Shown here piece after piece: positions 9,901 to 18,841 of a stretch of DNA of 64,000 nt. The DNA comes from a virus. Numbering within the stretch: position 1 is the stretch's first letter; every line of letters starts with the position of its first letter. The stretch lies in the IMG/VR virus record IMGVR_UViG_3300048080_000657. One strand, 5' to 3'. The notes under the pieces are model-generated. The model saw nothing but the letters and a program-made list of their open reading frames with translations. It made no database searches and was not told where the DNA came from. Made by a program: the position numbers and the translations under genes.

Positions 9901-10009
9901 CAGTGTCACCGCATTAGAACACAGCCTCTCCTATGGCGATCAGCCGAACCACGAAATCCGCGCGGAAACGAAGCCTGTGGCCTGTCACCGCATTGGCCCG
10001 TGATTTGCA
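9878..10009 (+). promoter_or_regulatory. second sigma54-like promoter with paired TGTCACCGCATT boxes
   Basis: TGGC-N7-TTGCA at 9994-10009; boxes at 9904 and 9983 (79 bp apart); inverted copy AATGCGATGACAC at 9878. Confidence 0.65.
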
Positions 10010-10346
10010 GGTATGTACCCCATGATCTGCGGACATTGCCACGCGCACCGGGCCCGTGCCTTTCGGGAGATTCGTTGCCACTGGACGACGTGCCGTTCGG
10101 ACGCGCGCTGGGCACGCGTGGTCGTTCTCCGTAGGGCTGGCAGCCAGGACGAGGCGGACCGCCTGGTCCGGCGCATCATGGGCATCCAAGGACCGCCCAT
10201 GACGGAGGAGAAGAAGGCGGAGCTGAGAGCGTGGGGTGAAGCTCACAAGGACGAGATCCGCGAGAAGCGGCGCATGAGGATCCTCACGCGCAGGAGAACG
10301 TTGGAGCTGCTCGCTGCGGGAACCAGAAGACGTTAAGGAGGGAGCG

Positions 10347-11138
10347 ATGAACATGAACCAGCGCTGGGAGGAAGGCCGTCCCCGGTGGCGGAGCGACCGC
10401 GAGGTGATCCGGCCCTCGGAGTACGAGGTCGTGCCGATGGCGGGAAAGGATCCCGTCGCGGTCTCATTCGTGGAGGCGCATCACTACTCGAGGTCGTTCC
10501 CCTCGGGCCGCTTTTCGTTCGGCCTGCACCGTCATGGAAGGCTCTCGGGCGTCGCGGTCTTCAGCCACCCGACGAACGACCTCACGCTCACGAACGTGTT
10601 CCCCTGCGACAGCCTCGAGGCGATCGAGCTTGGCCGCCTGGTCCTCCTCGACGAGATTCCGGGGAATGGGGAGAGCTGGTTCGTTTCGAGATGTTTCGAT
10701 CTCCTTCGAAAGGAAGGGATCCGCGGCGTAGTCAGCTTCAGCGACCCCATGAAGAGACGTGCGGCGGACGGCACGGTCGTCATGCCGGGCCACTGGGGAT
10801 GCGTCTACCAGAGCCTGAACGCCGTCTACACCGGCCGCGGCACCGCGCGCACGCTCCGTCTCTTCCAGGATGGCACCGTCTTCAACGAGCGGACGATCCA
10901 GAAGATCCGGAAGCAGGAGCGCGGCTGGGAAGCGGCCGTCGCGGGCTTGCAGGCACGTGGCGCCGGCCCCCTCGATGGCGAGCCGCGCGAGTGGCTCCGG
11001 ACCTGGCTGCCTCAGCTGACTCGCCCCCTCCGCCATGCGGGGAACCACCGGTACGTCTGGGCCCTTGACCGGCGGCTCTGCGGAGCCCTGCCGGCGCCGC
11101 TGCCCTACCCGAAGTTGATCGACGCGGAGGCCGCTTGA
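10347..11138 (+). CDS. Mom-family DNA modification protein (GNAT-like)
   Basis: FVEAHHYS, GVAVFSHP, IELGRLVLLD, ESWFVSRC, VVSFSDP, GHWGCVYQSLN match phage Mu Mom-like proteins as recalled. Confidence 0.78.
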   Translation: MNMNQRWEEGRPRWRSDREVIRPSEYEVVPMAGKDPVAVSFVEAHHYSRSFPSGRFSFGLHRHGRLSGVAVFSHPTNDLTLTNVFPCDSLEAIELGRLVLLDEIPGNGESWFVSRCFDLLRKEGIRGVVSFSDPMKRRAADGTVVMPGHWGCVYQSLNAVYTGRGTARTLRLFQDGTVFNERTIQKIRKQERGWEAAVAGLQARGAGPLDGEPREWLRTWLPQLTRPLRHAGNHRYVWALDRRLCGALPAPLPYPKLIDAEAA

Positions 11139-11170
11139 GCCACTCTTGTGAGAATGAAAGGAGAGATGCC

Positions 11171-11425
11171 ATGCCCAAGGTGTTGAAGGACGAGGTCATC
11201 CGTGAGTTCCCGGCGATCGGGAAGTACCGCATCCGCCTGCTCTCCGGCAAGGAGGGAAGCCGGGTCCTTGACATCCGCGAGTACGTCACGGGCGAGACAT
11301 TCGAGGGATTCACGCGCAGGGGCGTCCGCTTGGCGGAGGCAGACGTGGAGCTGCTGCGCAAGATGGTCGATGAGATCGTCTCGAGCAAACTCATGGAGAC
11401 AAAGAAGGGCGGGGATGCGTCATAG
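11171..11425 (+). CDS. PC4/YdbC-like ssDNA-binding protein
   Basis: VLDIREY...GFTRRGVRL motif. Confidence 0.7.
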   Translation: MPKVLKDEVIREFPAIGKYRIRLLSGKEGSRVLDIREYVTGETFEGFTRRGVRLAEADVELLRKMVDEIVSSKLMETKKGGDAS

Positions 11426-12539
11426 GGATGACGGGTCCCCAGGTGGGGCGCCGTCGTACTGCAGCAGCTGCGACAAGTTCGTCCGCGATGGCGCCGGCAA
11501 CCAGGAGCGAACGCCGCGGGGCAGGATCCTCAGGTTCTGCTGGGTGTGCTGGAAGAGGCGATGCGAGGCTGCGTCTGGGAAGAGTACGCGATAGGGATAA
11601 AACGACCATGAAACGCCGCAAGGTCTGGAAGCAATGCGACGGCTGTGGGCGCCGGGAGAAACTCGAAGGCGGGGTGCGCCATTGGTGCAAGTGCCACCCC
11701 GCAGGATTCGTGATGATTCCCGACGTGAGCCGTCAGCTCGCGGCCAGGGCTGTTGGGATGATGTGTGGGTTCGTGCGCAAGGAGGACAGATGAGCGTGCT
11801 GGGAGAGCCGTATCCGCACGACGGCGGCTGCTCGGAATGCCGCTCGCGCCAAGTCTGCAACGTCTGCGGCTACCTGCTCTCGGGAGGGGTCTGCACGAAT
11901 GGGCGATGCTTGTTCTGCCACGGCAGAGTGTGTACGCCCGGTGGGGAAACCGCCCCCGGTCACGGCTTCGGATCGCGTGGTGCCGCCGTGTTGGCGAGCT
12001 ACGAGATGCAGTCGCGTTAGTGGAGATTCATGAGATGAAACCTTACCTGTGGTGCCCGCACAAGGCTTGCGATGTCTACAAGTCTCCAGAGCAACTGTGC
12101 GACGTTTGCGAGGCGGTACGTCTTGAGGTTCGCACCGCCGTTGAGATGAACCTCGGCGAGGCACGAAAGAACATCCTGATCACGCTTCAAGGGCAGATGG
12201 ACAGAGTGATGAAGTCTGGTCTTTAGCTTCGATACGGGACTGAACACAATGATGATCTCGAAACCGGACGGCCATGAGCAGTGCTCTGTATCCACCGGAA
12301 TCTGTGATCGCCTTACGTTCGGTCGCGGCACCTTAGATTCCAACGGCTACTGGGCGATCCCCTGTGGCGAATGCGCCAGAAACTTCGAGAACGCCAATCC
12401 AAAGTACGGGGAATGTTGGCCTACCAAAAGCGATACTAGGTTATGTCCTCTGTGCGGCAGGACACGAGGGCTTAGGGCCTGCCCCTGTCATTGATGGCTT
12501 CATCGGTGAAATGGGATTGCCCACTGAAAGGACGGTCGG

Positions 12540-12743
12540 ATGCCGAAGGTACGCGATATGCGAAAGGAAAAGGCTGCAACGCTGTTGAGGCGGATCAAGG
12601 AAGGCCCGTCCTTTTCTGGTACTCCGTTCCACGACCCATTCACACCAGAAGAGGCAGCCCGTCAGTACAAGTTGTGGGCCGATTCGTGGATCGTCGAGCA
12701 GGTATCCGAGTTGGTTCCTGAGCTCAGGGCGAAGCGCGAATGA
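12540..12743 (+). CDS. hypothetical protein
   Basis: Stop lies inside the junction site at 12734. Confidence 0.5.
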   Translation: MPKVRDMRKEKAATLLRRIKEGPSFSGTPFHDPFTPEEAARQYKLWADSWIVEQVSELVPELRAKRE

Positions 12744-12765
12744 ACTGAAAGGTGAGGCCTGAATC

Positions 12766-12993
12766 ATGACCTTGATGACTCGGGAGGAGATGTACGAACT
12801 GCATGGGCTTCTTCATCGGCTGTGGTCGAAGGCTCAAGGGAGGGAAGCCTATGACAAGAAGGAATGGATGCGCCTTGAGGCGCTGACCGGGAATGCTATC
12901 AGCGCGATCCTCGGGCCGGAGGCGGAGCGGGTCGGGTACATGAACCTGATTACTCCAGCGGTTCAGGATTCCAGCGGAGGGCCTAAGCCATGA
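12766..12993 (+). CDS. hypothetical protein
   Basis: Follows the junction site; overlaps the next start. Confidence 0.55.
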   Translation: MTLMTREEMYELHGLLHRLWSKAQGREAYDKKEWMRLEALTGNAISAILGPEAERVGYMNLITPAVQDSSGGPKP

Positions 12994-13319
12994 CTATCGT
13001 GAAAGTGAAAGCGGACCCTCCGTTTGAGGCTGGGAAGTGGTGCGATGAGCACATCATGCGGGTGCCCTGCACCATGTGCCCGCCGCCATCCCCGAGGTGT
13101 AAGCACGAAAAGGCCGTGGTCGCTGATTGGGTCGAGAGCCAGGTGATCAGCCTCCGGTGCTCGTGCGGAGTCGGCTGGAGCGGGCTCCCGTATAGCTGGC
13201 GCTCCCGTCGGGGCATCCGTCATTCGCCGCCCAAGTGGGTGCAGCGGTTCATCGACGCCTGCAAGGTGGACGGGATGGATTTGGTGAATCACAAAACCAG
13301 CGGAGGGGCTAAGCCATGA
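12990..13319 (+). CDS. Cys-rich hypothetical protein flanked by ~32-bp direct repeats
   Basis: CCAGCGGAGG(G)(C/G)CTAAGCCATGAC..TCGTGAA at 12971 and 13297. Confidence 0.55.
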   Translation: MTIVKVKADPPFEAGKWCDEHIMRVPCTMCPPPSPRCKHEKAVVADWVESQVISLRCSCGVGWSGLPYSWRSRRGIRHSPPKWVQRFIDACKVDGMDLVNHKTSGGAKP

Positions 13320-13471
13320 CATTCGTGAAGAGACGTAAGCCGCCGCCGAAGATCGAGACGCCAGCGGACATCGCCTTCTGGCTCCCGAAGAAGCAACGCT
13401 CAAAGGTGAAGGCCACTACCAGCGAATCGCGTAAGGCACAGAAGGCAGATTGAGTGCCAGAGGAGGATAGC

Positions 13472-13690
13472 ATGGACAACTTGGAGTTGTGCGCCCGGAA
13501 CGTGAGGGCGGCCCTGCGGGAAGTGCGGAACGCCTACAACGCGGCGAAGGAGATTGAGGAGGACGGGGAGAAGTACAGGCGAGACCTCGACCAAGTGATT
13601 CACCATCTGGAAGGGCTCTCGTTTGCTCTCCGCCTTCGTCAGCAAGAACACCTTGTGCCCCCGCTTGGGGAAGTCCAGAAAGTGTCGTAG
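13472..13690 (+). CDS. hypothetical protein
   Basis: SD AGGAGG upstream. Confidence 0.55.
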   Translation: MDNLELCARNVRAALREVRNAYNAAKEIEEDGEKYRRDLDQVIHHLEGLSFALRLRQQEHLVPPLGEVQKVS

Positions 13691-14010
13691 TGGCACAGAA
13701 GAGGTAGAGAGTGCCGACGTTGCATGAATCCGACGAATCACGAAAGCCCTGAAAGGAGAACACCTCACCATGCCTTTCGGTAAATATTCAGAGAGGCTCT
13801 GCGGGAACGGGGAGTGTGGGAAGAGATTCAAGCCCACGACCCCCTGGCAGGAGTGCTGCGACGCTTCGTGCCGCGCGCACCGGACCTATCTCCGGCACAC
13901 GTTGCCCAAGCGGCGCCGCGAGCAGCGCCTCCGTACCTCGGGCAAGTAAAGGCACTTGCCCGCCGCTCTCTGCCGACCTATAATCCCGGTGTTGGGCGGA
14001 GGCACCGGAC

Positions 14011-14223
14011 ATGGCATTCAACGACGACATTGCCTGGTTTGAAGCGAACCGCTACTTCGTCGCCCAGTCCTACCGCGGCCAGTACGTCCTGGTCAAGGAC
14101 CAGACGGTCCATGGTGCATATCCCACCTACGCGGACGCTTACAACGCCGGCGTCGCGAGGTTCGGGACCGAAAGGTTCCTTGTGGAACACGCGACAGAGG
14201 AGCCTCCGACCGCGATGGTCTGA
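14011..14223 (+). CDS. DUF5678-like small protein
   Basis: AWFEAN..Y.GQYVLVKD..VHG.Y.T..DAY..G pattern; typical partner of the downstream protease. Confidence 0.6.
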   Translation: MAFNDDIAWFEANRYFVAQSYRGQYVLVKDQTVHGAYPTYADAYNAGVARFGTERFLVEHATEEPPTAMV

Positions 14224-14225
14224 AG

Positions 14226-14816
14226 ATGAGACTGTCGACCTTCCCGCACCCGGATCTTGTATGGGCACCTCCACGCCGGCGCCTCGGCCAGTCGATGGAC
14301 GTTGCGGAGCTCCTCAGACAACAGGGTGCCATCGTGGATGTCGAGGTGGGGCCGCCGGCGTCGATTGCGGCGGCCATGCGAGAGAAGGGACAAACACCGC
14401 CAGCGCGCCAGATCGTGAAAGGCCTCGTAGACACCGGTGCGTCGATCTCCACGGTCGACGAAGGCATCGCGGTGTCCGCTGGCCTCCAGCCCACGGGGAC
14501 CGTGGAGCTCGGCGGCGTGGGTGGATCCGCACAGCGCACGGTCTATGCTGCCCGGTTCGGGTTGCCTCAGTACGGCGTCGAATTCGATCCGATCGAGATC
14601 GCCGGCGTATCGATCGCCTTCGCGCCCATCCAGGTCCTGATAGGCAGGGACGTCCTCAAGCGGCTTCAACTCGATTACAGTGGCCCGGAGGGGGCGTTCG
14701 CGCTCACGGAGAATGGTGCTCTCGGCATCTCTTCCGGGTTCCCGCTCGTGCCCGTGGCGATCGGCGCGGGGGCGATCGCGCTCACTGTCCTGTTAGCATC
14801 GGGCGTACTCCGCTAG
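14226..14816 (+). CDS. retropepsin-like (clan AA) aspartyl protease with C-terminal TM segment
   Basis: GLVDTGAS and LIGRDVL motifs; hydrophobic C-terminus. Confidence 0.85.
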   Translation: MRLSTFPHPDLVWAPPRRRLGQSMDVAELLRQQGAIVDVEVGPPASIAAAMREKGQTPPARQIVKGLVDTGASISTVDEGIAVSAGLQPTGTVELGGVGGSAQRTVYAARFGLPQYGVEFDPIEIAGVSIAFAPIQVLIGRDVLKRLQLDYSGPEGAFALTENGALGISSGFPLVPVAIGAGAIALTVLLASGVLR

Positions 14817-14830
14817 CCCCCTCCAACCCC

Positions 14831-14859
14831 TTGACTGTTGATGGTACACTCGGTATACT
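14831..14859 (+). promoter_or_regulatory. sigma70-type promoter with operator-like box
   Basis: TTGACT-17-TATACT; GTACAC-TCGG-TATAC. Confidence 0.8.
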
Positions 14860-14888
14860 ACCATGCGTCGGAATCAAGGAGGCGCGAC

Positions 14889-15173
14889 ATGCAGGATTCC
14901 TTGTGGATGCAGACGGCGAGGTTCTTCATCATCGTCGTGCCGATCCTCATGCTCATAACCCATGTCGTAGCGCACCTCCTCGACCGTCTCCGCGCACCGG
15001 CGGACTTCCCGGACGTGGAGTTCGTGGACGAGGTGCGTCTCACGCCGGAGATCGAGAAGGAGTTCCTGTCCGGGCCGGACGCGCCGGATTCTAGGGTCGA
15101 GGTCAAGGCCTTCATGGACGGACGCCTGACGCTCGAGGAGTTCGTCGAGATTCAGCGAAGGAGGAGAGCATGA
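14889..15173 (+). CDS. small membrane-anchored protein
   Basis: TM segment FFIIVVPILMLITHVVA; downstream of promoter and SD. Confidence 0.6.
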   Translation: MQDSLWMQTARFFIIVVPILMLITHVVAHLLDRLRAPADFPDVEFVDEVRLTPEIEKEFLSGPDAPDSRVEVKAFMDGRLTLEEFVEIQRRRRA

Positions 15174-15451
15174 CGGAGACCCAGGGACTGGAGGTTCGGT
15201 TTCTCGACCAAACCGGTGCGAAGAGCATCAAGGCGAGGATTGCGTTGACGGTCCAGGTCAAGCGGATCGTCCCGGCGATCATCACCAAGATGAGCCTCCC
15301 GATTACGGCCCCGGACGGCACGCCCATGAGCTACAGCCTCGACAGCAAGCGTCTGGGCATGCGCCTTCAGGAGAACCAGACGCTCCCGGAGGCTGGGATC
15401 AAGGAAGGGGACGTCTTGATTGTCTACCCGGAAATTGTTGCGGGCAGATGA
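15170..15451 (+). CDS. ubiquitin-like beta-grasp protein (YukD/EsaB-like)
   Basis: L.ENQTL.EAGIKEGDVL.VYPEIVAG signature. Confidence 0.75.
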   Translation: MTETQGLEVRFLDQTGAKSIKARIALTVQVKRIVPAIITKMSLPITAPDGTPMSYSLDSKRLGMRLQENQTLPEAGIKEGDVLIVYPEIVAGR

Positions 15452-15777
15452 CTCGCAGATACACACGGACCGACTTCGTCAACGCTTTCTGGAAGAAGGT
15501 CTGGACCGTCTGCATCGCGGGGCATGCGATCGGAATGGCCGCCGCGGACGGCCTGTGTAGCGAGGCGAAATGACGTCCCGGACGCCCTTGTGCCGCGAAT
15601 GCGGCTGTGAAAAACTACGCCGATTCGACGGGGGCGGCTATGTCTTCTACTGCTACTGCCGCGACTGGAGGACGGTCATGCGTGTCCTTGATCATGCGCG
15701 CCAGATAGAAACACGCAGGCGTCGGCCGGGGCGACGGGTAGTTTCACGGTATGGCGCGGCGGGCTCCTAGGCGAGCG

Positions 15778-16674
15778 ATGAAACACACGGGCATCCGAAT
15801 GGATACCAGCCACGACGAGGCCTCCCTGACGCTCATCGAGGCGATCGTGGAGTTCTTCCGGGGCAAAAACGGTACAGTCCATGTTCAGGAGCTCTACGCC
15901 GCTCTCCCCGACAGACTGCCTCATTCCCTCCGCGCGCGGATCTATGAGAACCTCGGCGGGCTCTTCCGGCGCATCGGGCGTGGCCTCTACGTGGCCGTCG
16001 AGGGAGAAGCCGCGTGCCTCGTCGTCCAAGGCGACGTCTGGGAGGAAGCGAGGAAGCTGCCCTCTGAGTTTGCCCAGGCGCTCATCACCGATCCCCCGTA
16101 CGACTGGCTGGACGTGGTGAACAAGATTCACACCTCGACCCGCAAGAGGATGCGCTGGGACTTCGAGCGGCGCGAAGTCGACCGTGAGCTCGGCCTCGAG
16201 CTCTACCGCGTCCTCAAGGAGGGTGCGCATGCCTTCTTCTTCGTGCCGGCGGAGACGGCCACGACGCGGCCGCACATCGAGCACTTTATCGGGATCCTCG
16301 AGTCCTGCGGATTCACGTTCAACAAGCGTTTCGTATGGGACAAGCAGGTCCTTGGCATGGGGTACAACGGACGGGCGAGGCACGAGGGAATCCTCTTCAT
16401 GTCGAAGGGCCGGAGGCGAAAGCCCTGCGATCTCTCCGTGCCCGACGTGCTGTCCTTCAAGTCGATCGACGCGCGCCTTCGGCGGCATGGGTGCGAGAAG
16501 CCGCAGGGGCTGCTCGAGCAGCTTATCCGCTTCACGACCCGGGCTGGGGAGCTCGTACTCGACATCTTCGCTGGGTCTCTTTCTACTGGACGTGCCGCTC
16601 TCCGGCTCGGGCGAGACTCCCTCATGATCGAGAAGGACCCGCGCGCCCTCGAGGCCGCGGTCAGCGGGCCTTGA
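15778..16674 (+). CDS. N4-C/N6-A DNA methyltransferase (beta class) with N-terminal HTH-like domain
   Basis: ITDPPY; HGCEKP..L; VLDIFAGS.STG. Confidence 0.88.
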   Translation: MKHTGIRMDTSHDEASLTLIEAIVEFFRGKNGTVHVQELYAALPDRLPHSLRARIYENLGGLFRRIGRGLYVAVEGEAACLVVQGDVWEEARKLPSEFAQALITDPPYDWLDVVNKIHTSTRKRMRWDFERREVDRELGLELYRVLKEGAHAFFFVPAETATTRPHIEHFIGILESCGFTFNKRFVWDKQVLGMGYNGRARHEGILFMSKGRRRKPCDLSVPDVLSFKSIDARLRRHGCEKPQGLLEQLIRFTTRAGELVLDIFAGSLSTGRAALRLGRDSLMIEKDPRALEAAVSGP

Positions 16675-16699
16675 CGCTTGAGAGTACACCGGGTATACT
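16671..16699 (+). promoter_or_regulatory. sigma70-type promoter with operator-like box
   Basis: TTGACG-17-TATACT; GTACAC-CGGG-TATAC. Confidence 0.8.
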
Positions 16700-16723
16700 A
16701 ACTGGCTGTACGGAGGCACCACG

Positions 16724-16930
16724 ATGATGTATGTCCAGCAGGGCGAGTGGCTGATCTACACACCGATCTACGCGGGGACCGCGGACGAGGTCACCAAAGC
16801 GGCAAGATGCCCGCACGCGATCTACATCGAAGTCTCCAAGACGGATCAGGACGGCTGGACGATGGTCCTCGATCGCTGTTCGGCCTGCATCGCCGTCAGG
16901 ACCAAGGCGAAGCGTCCGGTCGATGAATGA
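16724..16930 (+). CDS. hypothetical protein
   Basis: SD GGAGG; follows the promoter. Confidence 0.55.
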   Translation: MMYVQQGEWLIYTPIYAGTADEVTKAARCPHAIYIEVSKTDQDGWTMVLDRCSACIAVRTKAKRPVDE

Positions 16931-17272
16931 CTGGACGAAGAAGAGGGGGAAAACGCGGATGGGGCACGAGGCGACCCCTTGGAAGATCACGGCAAAAGGC
17001 GGCGGATGCTGCACCATCGGTACCATCAATTCCCACACGATCGCGAGAGTGGGCGGCCGGACACAGCGCCAGGCGTTCGCGAATGCGGTCCGGATCGTCC
17101 GATGCGTGAACCTCTGTGACGGTCTGACGACCCTCGAGATCAGGAGGCTCTCCCAAGAAGCAAGGAATCGGTGTCAGGACGTGGCAGGGAAGGCCCCGCG
17201 CATGGCGAAAGGTTTTCGGCGTTCGTCGGTTGACGTTGCACGAAAGGGATGATCCGTGAAAGGGCGTGACAG

Positions 17273-17542
17273 ATGAACATATCCGATGTCTACACGGGCG
17301 CGGCGATGGTCGTGGCGCTCCTTCTCTTCTGGCGGCTTTATAGGTGTGCGCATGCCTGGGAGCTCGTAGACAAGACCGAGCTGCCATCGGCGTGCGAGGT
17401 GTGGAGCAAGATCGACCCTAAGGAGATTACGTATTACCCTGGAGACCTTCCACGCTTGACGGCGAGGACGGTGATTCTCGCGCTCCGATGCCCGAAGTGC
17501 GGGGCGGCGAAGATCTGGAAGACGACGTCGAAGGTCGATTGA
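17273..17542 (+). CDS. small membrane protein with CPKC
   Basis: N-terminal TM segment; follows a variant junction site at 17238. Confidence 0.55.
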   Translation: MNISDVYTGAAMVVALLLFWRLYRCAHAWELVDKTELPSACEVWSKIDPKEITYYPGDLPRLTARTVILALRCPKCGAAKIWKTTSKVD

Positions 17543-17571
17543 GCCGAAGACGCGTACCGGGTGATTCGCGC

Positions 17572-17892
17572 ATGGTGAAGAATGTCAACGACGAGGCCCT
17601 CGCAGACCGGCTCGATAGAAAGGGCCTGTTCGCGGTGGCGTTTGTCGAGTACGACTCGATCCCCTGCAAGCACTTCCTGCCGGAGCTGGACGCCGTGGCG
17701 GAGATACTTGAGTGGAAGATGGAGTTCTGCCGGATCTATGCGACCGAGAACCCGGCGATCACCCTAGACCTGGGTGTAGAATGCGTGCCGACGCTGCTCG
17801 TCTTCCGGGACGGCAAGGAGATTGCCCGCTACGAGGGCCCGTACACCCGTCAGGCGATGGAAGAACGATTGAGGCCGTTATGCCTGGGATAA
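17572..17892 (+). CDS. thioredoxin-like protein with atypical SxxC active site
   Basis: FAVAF...SIPCK; ITLDLGVECVPTLLVFRDGKEIARYEG. Confidence 0.75.
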   Translation: MVKNVNDEALADRLDRKGLFAVAFVEYDSIPCKHFLPELDAVAEILEWKMEFCRIYATENPAITLDLGVECVPTLLVFRDGKEIARYEGPYTRQAMEERLRPLCLG

Positions 17893-17920
17893 AGCGGAAG
17901 AGCACAACCGTGGCAGGACG

Positions 17921-18652
17921 ATGAGCTCCAAGGACTGGTCTCCCAGAAAGATCCTAAGCCTCCTGAAGACTGATGAGAGGCAACGGTTCATTCGGATGAA
18001 GGCCAAGGTTGGGCAACTGACCAACGGCATATCCGAGGATGTGCTGTGGCTCTGTGACCTCGTGGAGCGCCTAGCCAAGTTGACTCCGGAAGAATACGAT
18101 TTTCAGAAGTTACTCGCCCTGGTCAACCACGTCTCCCAGACCGCATATGCGCTGCGATATGACCGCCGCGAGGTTATGTGGAAAACAACGACGCTTTCTC
18201 CCGAGAATACCAAGGAAAATATCCATCTTCTGGAGGTCACGACACAGTCCCAAGTGTGCGATGCGGTACTCGTCGTCAGGCCCTACGTGAGGCTGATGCC
18301 GGGGACGACAGAAGAAGCGATGGAAGAGTTAAGAAAGGGTCTTGTCTCCTTCTATGTGGATGGACTCGACGTGACGCAACGCTGCTTGATAGACGAGTTC
18401 CTGGTGCGGCCGGATGGCTCCGGGATACGGAGGCGGCCATGGGCATTCTCGATCAGCCCTACGAATGCATCAGTCTTTCCAGCAACACTCCTCGACGACC
18501 TGCAACAGGCGCTTCCCAATGAGCAGGTAGGCGTATTCCTGCCCAACGGCACGCACGTTATCCTGATGCTGCGCATGGAGGAGGCCCTCAAGCAGGAGAT
18601 CACGGTTAAGGCGGGCCTCGTGGCCGCGAGATACACTACGAAAGCATTATGA
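17921..18652 (+). CDS. hypothetical protein
   Basis: 243-aa ORF, no motif recognised. Confidence 0.7.
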   Translation: MSSKDWSPRKILSLLKTDERQRFIRMKAKVGQLTNGISEDVLWLCDLVERLAKLTPEEYDFQKLLALVNHVSQTAYALRYDRREVMWKTTTLSPENTKENIHLLEVTTQSQVCDAVLVVRPYVRLMPGTTEEAMEELRKGLVSFYVDGLDVTQRCLIDEFLVRPDGSGIRRRPWAFSISPTNASVFPATLLDDLQQALPNEQVGVFLPNGTHVILMLRMEEALKQEITVKAGLVAARYTTKAL

Positions 18653-18654
18653 AA

Positions 18655-18797
18655 GGTGGATTGAAATAACTCACGGCGAGAATGGCTCCAACGGCAAGGA
18701 TTGAAACGATGCGACCACGCCGCGAGGCATCCCGCTAGTTGGAAAGAGAAAGCGCGGATTGAAACGGCGACATCGAGGCGGAGATCGTGGATAGAAT
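18655..18797 (+). repeat. cluster of GGATTGAAA(C/T) CRISPR-repeat 3' ends, highly degenerate
   Basis: Copies at 18658, 18698, 18756 and GGATAGAAT at 18789; irregular spacing. Confidence 0.5.
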
Positions 18798-18841
18798 GTC
18801 GTGGATGTGGCCTTACGTGAAACCTTGATAGGAGGGACCCC

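Noticed and set aside
13814-15094. 426-aa plus-strand ORF
   Set aside because: Arg/Pro/Gly-rich off-frame overlap of the DUF5678-like, protease and membrane genes.
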